64,000 nt of DNA from Mobula hypostoma (Eukaryota), in the NCBI RefSeq assembly GCF_963921235.1, contig NC_086098.1:7440001-7504000 (forward strand), given 5' to 3'. Position 1 is the stretch's first letter. Every line of letters starts with the position of its first letter. Positions 59,371 to 64,000 of this stretch are shown here, one piece after another. The notes below the pieces were generated by a model. It saw only the letters and a list, made by a program, of their open reading frames with translations. It was not told the DNA's origin and made no database searches. The position numbers were made by a program, and so were the translations under genes.

Positions 59371-62300
59371 TTGGGGGGTGGGAATCAAATTAAAGAGGCT
59401 AGGCGTGAGGAGGTTTGTTCACAACAGAGGGATGGGAACCAGTGCAGAGAGACAGAGGGGTGTAAAGTGAGCGTAGAAGCAAAAAGTACAAAGGAGAAAA
59501 GTAAAAGTGGCAGGCCGATAAATCCAGAGCAAGCATTAAAAAGGGCCACTTTTCAACATAATTGTATAAGGGCTAAGAGAGTTGTAAAAGAGCGCCTGAA
59601 GGCTTTATGTGTCAATGCAAGGAGCATTCGTAATAAGGTGGATGAATTGAAAGTGCAGATTGTTATTAATGATTATGATATAGTTGGGATCACAGAGACA
59701 TGGCTCCAGGGTGACCAGGGATGGGAGCTCAACGTTCAGGGATATTCAATATTCAGGAGGGATGGGGAGGTGGGGTGGCGTTGGAAGGGGAGGTGGGGTG
59801 GCGTTGCTGGTTAAAGAAGAGATTAACGCAATAGAAAGGAAGGACTAAGCCGGGAAGATGTGGAATCGATATGGGTAGAGCTGCGTAACACTAAGGGGCA
59901 GAAGACGCTGGTGGGAGTTGTGTACAGGCCACCTAACAGTAGTAGTGAGGTCGGAGATGGTATTAAACAGGAAATTAAAAATGTGTGCAATAAAGGAACA
60001 GCAGTTATAATGGGTGACTTCAATCTACATGTAGACTGGGTGAACCAAATTGGTAAAGGTGCTGAGGAAGAGGATTTCTTGGAATGTATGCGGGATGGTC
60101 TTTTGAACCAACATGTCGAGGAACCAACTAGAGAGCAGGCTATTCTGGACTGGGTTTTGAGCAATGAGGAAGGGTTAATTAGCGATCTTGTCGTGAGAGG
60201 CCCCTTGGGTAAGAGTGACCATAATATGGTGGAATTCTTCATTAAGACGGAGAGTGAGATAGTTAATTCAGAAACAAAGGTTCTGAACTTAAAGAGGGGT
60301 AACTTTGAAGGTATGAGACGTGAATTAGCTAAGATAGACTGGCAAATGACACTTAAAGGATTGACGGTGGATATGCAATGGCAAGCATTTAAAGGTTGCA
60401 TGGATGAACTACAACAATTGTTCATCCCAGTTTGGCAAAAGAATAAATCAAGGAAGGTAGTGCACCCGTGGCTGACAAGAGAAATTAGGGATAGTATCAA
60501 TTCCAAAGAAGTAGCATACAAATTAGCCAGAGAAAGTGGCTCACCTGAGGACTGGGAGAAATTCAGAGTTCAGCAGAGGAGGACAAAGGGCTTAATTAGG
60601 AAGGGGAAAAAAGATTATGAGAGAAAACTGGCGGGGAACATAAAAACAGACTGTAAAAGCTTTTATAGATATGTAAAAAGGAAAAGACTGGTAAAGACAA
60701 ATGTAGGTCCCCTGCAGACAGAAACAGGTGAATTGATTATGGGGAGCAAGGACATGGCAGACCAATTGAATAATTACTTTGGTTCTGTCTTCACTAAGGA
60801 GGACATAAATCATCTTCCAGAAATAGTAAGGGACAGAGGGTCCAGTGAGATGGAGGAACTGAGTGAAATACATGTTAGTAGGGAAGTGGTGTTAGGTAAA
60901 TTGAAGGGATTGAAGGCAGATAAATCCCCAGGGCCAGATGGTCTGCATCCTAGAGTGCTTAAGGAAGTAGCCCAAGAAATAGTGGATGCATCAGTGATAA
61001 TTTTTCAAAACTCATTAGATTCTGGACTAGTTCCTGAGGATTGGAGGGTGGCTAATGTAACCCCACTTTTTAAAAAAGGAGGGAGAGAGAAACTGGGGAA
61101 TTATAGACCGGTTAGCCTAACGTCGGTGGTGGGGAAACTGCTGGAGTCAGTTATCAAGGATGTGATAACAGCACATTTGGAAAGCGGTGAAATCATCGGA
61201 CAAAGTCAGCATGGATTTGTGAAAGGAAAATCATGTCTGACGAATCTCATAGAATTTTTTGAGGATGTAACTAGTAGAGTGGATAGGGGAGAACTAGTGG
61301 ATGTGGTATATTTGGATTTTCAAAAGGCTTTTGACAAGGTCCCACACAGGAGATTAGTGTGCAAACTTAAAGCACATGGTATTGGGGGTAAGGTATTGGT
61401 GTGGGTGGAGAATTGGTTAGCAGACAGGAAGCAAAGAGTGGGAATAAACGGGACCTTTTCAGAATGGCAGGCGGTGACTAGTGGGGTACCGCAAGGCTCA
61501 GTGCTGGGACCCCAGTTGTTTACAATATGTATTAATGACTTGGATGAGGGAATTAAATGCAGCATCTCCAAGTTTGCGGATGACACGAAGCTGGGTGGCA
61601 GTGTTAGCAGGGAGGAGGATGCTAAGAGGATACAGGGTGACTTGGATAGGTTGGGTGAGTGGGCAAACTCATGGCAGATGCAATTTAATGTGGATAAATG
61701 TGAAGTTATCCACTTTGGTGGCAAAAATAGGAAAACAGATTATTATCTGAATGGTGGCCGATTAGGAAAAGGGGAGGTGCAACGAGACCTGGATGTCATT
61801 ATACACCAGTCATTGAAAGTGGGCATGCAGGTACAGCAGGCGGTGAAAAAGGCGAATGGTATGCTGGCATTTATAGCGAGAGGATTCGAATACAGGAGCA
61901 GGGAGGTACTACTGCAGTTGTACAAGGCCTTGGTGAGACCACACCTGGAGTATTGTGTGCAGTTTTGGTCCCCTAATCTGAGGAAAGACATCTTTGCCAT
62001 AGAGGGAGTACAAAGAAGGTTCACCAGATTGATTCCTGGGATGGCAGGACTTTCATATGAAGAAAGACTGGATGAACTGGGCTTGTACTCGTTGGAATTT
62101 AGAAGATTGAGGGGGGATCTGATTGAAACGTATAAGATCCTAAAGGGATTGGACAGGCTAGATGCAGGAAGATTGTTCCCGATGTTGGGGAAGTCCAGAA
62201 CGAGGGGTCACAGTTTGAGGATAGAGGGGAAGCCTTTTAGGACCGAGATTAGGAAAAACTTCTTCACACAGAGAGTGGTGACTCTGTGGAATTCTCTGCC

Positions 62301-62412
62301 ACAGGAAACTGTTGAGGCCAGTTCATTGGCTATATTTAAGAGGGAGTTAGATATGGCCCTTGTGGCTACAGGGGTCAGGGGGTATGGAGGGAAGGCTGGG
62401 GCGGGGTTCTGA
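59371..62412 (+). pseudogene. CR1 ORF2 (AP endonuclease and reverse transcriptase), disrupted near 59764-59850
   Basis: NARSIRNK and GITETWL in 59371-59814; then YRPP, MGDFN, SDH, YRPVSLTS and FADD in the 850-aa frame 59860-62412. Confidence 0.93.
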
Positions 62413-62714
62413 GTTGGATGATCAGCCATGATCATAATAAATGGCGGTGCAGGCTCGAAGGGCCGAATGGCCTACTCCTGCACCTATTTTCTATGTTTCT
62501 ATGTTTCTATAACCACGCATTACAAGAGTGATGTGTGAAAGAGCACTTCTGAATGCACATCTTGTCGAATCATGAAGTGGACGGGCTACAGCAGCAGCAG
62601 ACCATGAATGTACACTTGGTGCAACTTTATTGGGCACAGGAAGGATCTTATAAAGTAGCCACAGAGTGTATCCCTTCAGTAATTTTAATTGTGCTTCAAG
62701 TAGGCTCCGTGCTA

Positions 62715-63125
62715 GTGTAGGAAAGAGGAAGGGAACTGGAGGACTATGATGGGCAGGTGAGAATAGAAGGGGAAAGAGGGGAACCAGGGAGGAAAGGAGG
62801 AGGAAAGGAAGAGGAATTGCTGAGGGTTACAGAAATCGAAGTCAGAGGCTGCACAGATGGAATATGATGTGTTGATCCTCCAACTTCAGCGGCAGCAGAG
62901 GTGACATGTCAGAACGGGAATGTGGAGTTGAACTGAAGTGGGTAGTCACTGGGATATTCTGCCTTTTCTAGCGGATCGAGTGAAGGTGCTCGATGAACCA
63001 GTCCCCCAATCTGTGACAGAACCCTCCGATGTAGAGGAGGCCACACCAGGAGCACCAGATGTAGTAGATGACTCCCACAGGCTCGCAGGTGAAACGTCAC
63101 CTTACCCGGAAGGACTGTTTGAAGG
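62715..63125 (-). mobile_element. Penelope-like GIY-YIG endonuclease remnant
   Basis: 63025-63096 on the minus strand translates to RFTCEPVGVIYYIWCSWCGLLYIG. Confidence 0.8.
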
Positions 63126-63499
63126 ATTATATGCTGAAAACTACAATAAATTTAAAAAGAACACACTGCTTAAGGACTTCATATTCCAGCAAAGCCTAAC
63201 CATAACTATTTGTATGTGCTTAAGCCATTTGCAAGGTATTGTACTCCTCGGAAATTCATTTAGCTGCAGGCATTCACTGTAGAACAAAGGAATACAACAC
63301 AATCAATACAAAAAACTGCACAAGAACAAAGACTGGCAAACAATCAATGTGCAAAAGACAACAAACTATACAAATGTAAAAATAATAATAAATAACACTG
63401 AGAACATGAGATTGACCGTGTGACCATGGGTAGTGGAATCAGTTCATTACTGACCAAAGCGTTGTGCTGACCTTTTAGCCTTTTAGGTAATAATTTATT

Positions 63500-63895
63500 T
63501 ATTTTATTTTATTTGGAGATACAACATGGACAGACCCTTCCAGCCCAACAAGCTGCACTGTGCAGCAGCCAACCTACTTAACCCCAGTGCAATCACGGGA
63601 CAATTTACTAACTAACCTGCTAACCTGTTACTAACTAACCTGTTAACTGGTGCATCTAGGACTGTGGGAGGAAAGCAGAGCTCCCAGTGGAAACCCACGC
63701 TCTCATGGGAAGGACATATGAACATAGAGTCATGCAGTCATAGAAGTGTACAGTACAGAAACAGGCCCTTCGGCCCATCCAGTCCATGCTGCGCCATTTA
63801 AACATCTGACTGAGTACGCCAGAATTGAAATCCAAACTCCGACAGCCCAAGCTGTAACAGCAGCGTGCAAACTGCTATGCTGTCATGGTGCCCCT
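63500..63895 (-). mobile_element. V-SINE with a small CR1 tail insert (about 63723-63800)
   Basis: ggactgtgggaggaaagcagagctcccagtggaaacccacg is the V-domain reverse complement. Confidence 0.7.
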
Positions 63896-64000
63896 CGGAA
63901 ATAAAATCTTTCAAAATGTTCTGATTGACACCTGTAAAGAGGGGCAACAGTTATGTTGATTAATATGGCTGACAAAAGGTTGATCACAGAAAATAAGCAC

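Larger units (their letters stand above)
58066..62510 (+). mobile_element. Young near full-length CR1 LINE
   Basis: GC-rich 5' UTR, ORF1, EN-RT ORF2, short 3' UTR and (tttctatg)n tail. At most a 2-bp TSD. Confidence 0.97.
57671..62668 (+). mobile_element. Tc1-derived non-autonomous element (57671-58065 and 62511-62668) hosting the full-length CR1
   Basis: TA-cactcggtggctacgttatta ... ttataaagtagccacagagtg-TA. The rejoined junction gtaactcagat|aaccacg matches 44100-44120. Confidence 0.8.

Noticed and set aside
1..64000. Most short ORFs in the supplied track as host genes
   Set aside because: They lie in repeats, often antisense or off-frame, many start at non-ATG codons, and none resembles a host protein I recognise.

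Overview
Vertebrate genomic DNA (intronic or intergenic), made up mostly of nested transposable elements. I recognised no host protein-coding exon. The mix of CR1 LINEs, HE1-like V-domain SINEs, Rex1/Babar and Penelope-like elements suggests a cartilaginous fish (inference). Best-supported features: (1) a young, near full-length CR1 (58066-62510) with an intact zinc-finger/SGNH-esterase ORF1 and a frameshifted ORF2, plus two young truncated inverted copies; (2) a degraded Tc1 transposon hosting an I/Nimb-like insertion; (3) an L1 3' fragment with a 12-bp target-site duplication (TSD); (4) three solo LTRs with TSDs; (5) a tRNA-Ile pseudogene; (6) about a dozen Penelope-like termini carrying a minimal type I hammerhead-ribozyme motif. 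The most unusual items are two non-coding retroposon-like families with an AAGATGGC 5' end, a fold-back mini-Penelope insertion, a Tc1-ended MITE that captured a LINE tail, and a template-switch palindrome. Family names come from motif recognition only. Boundaries of degraded repeats are approximate.
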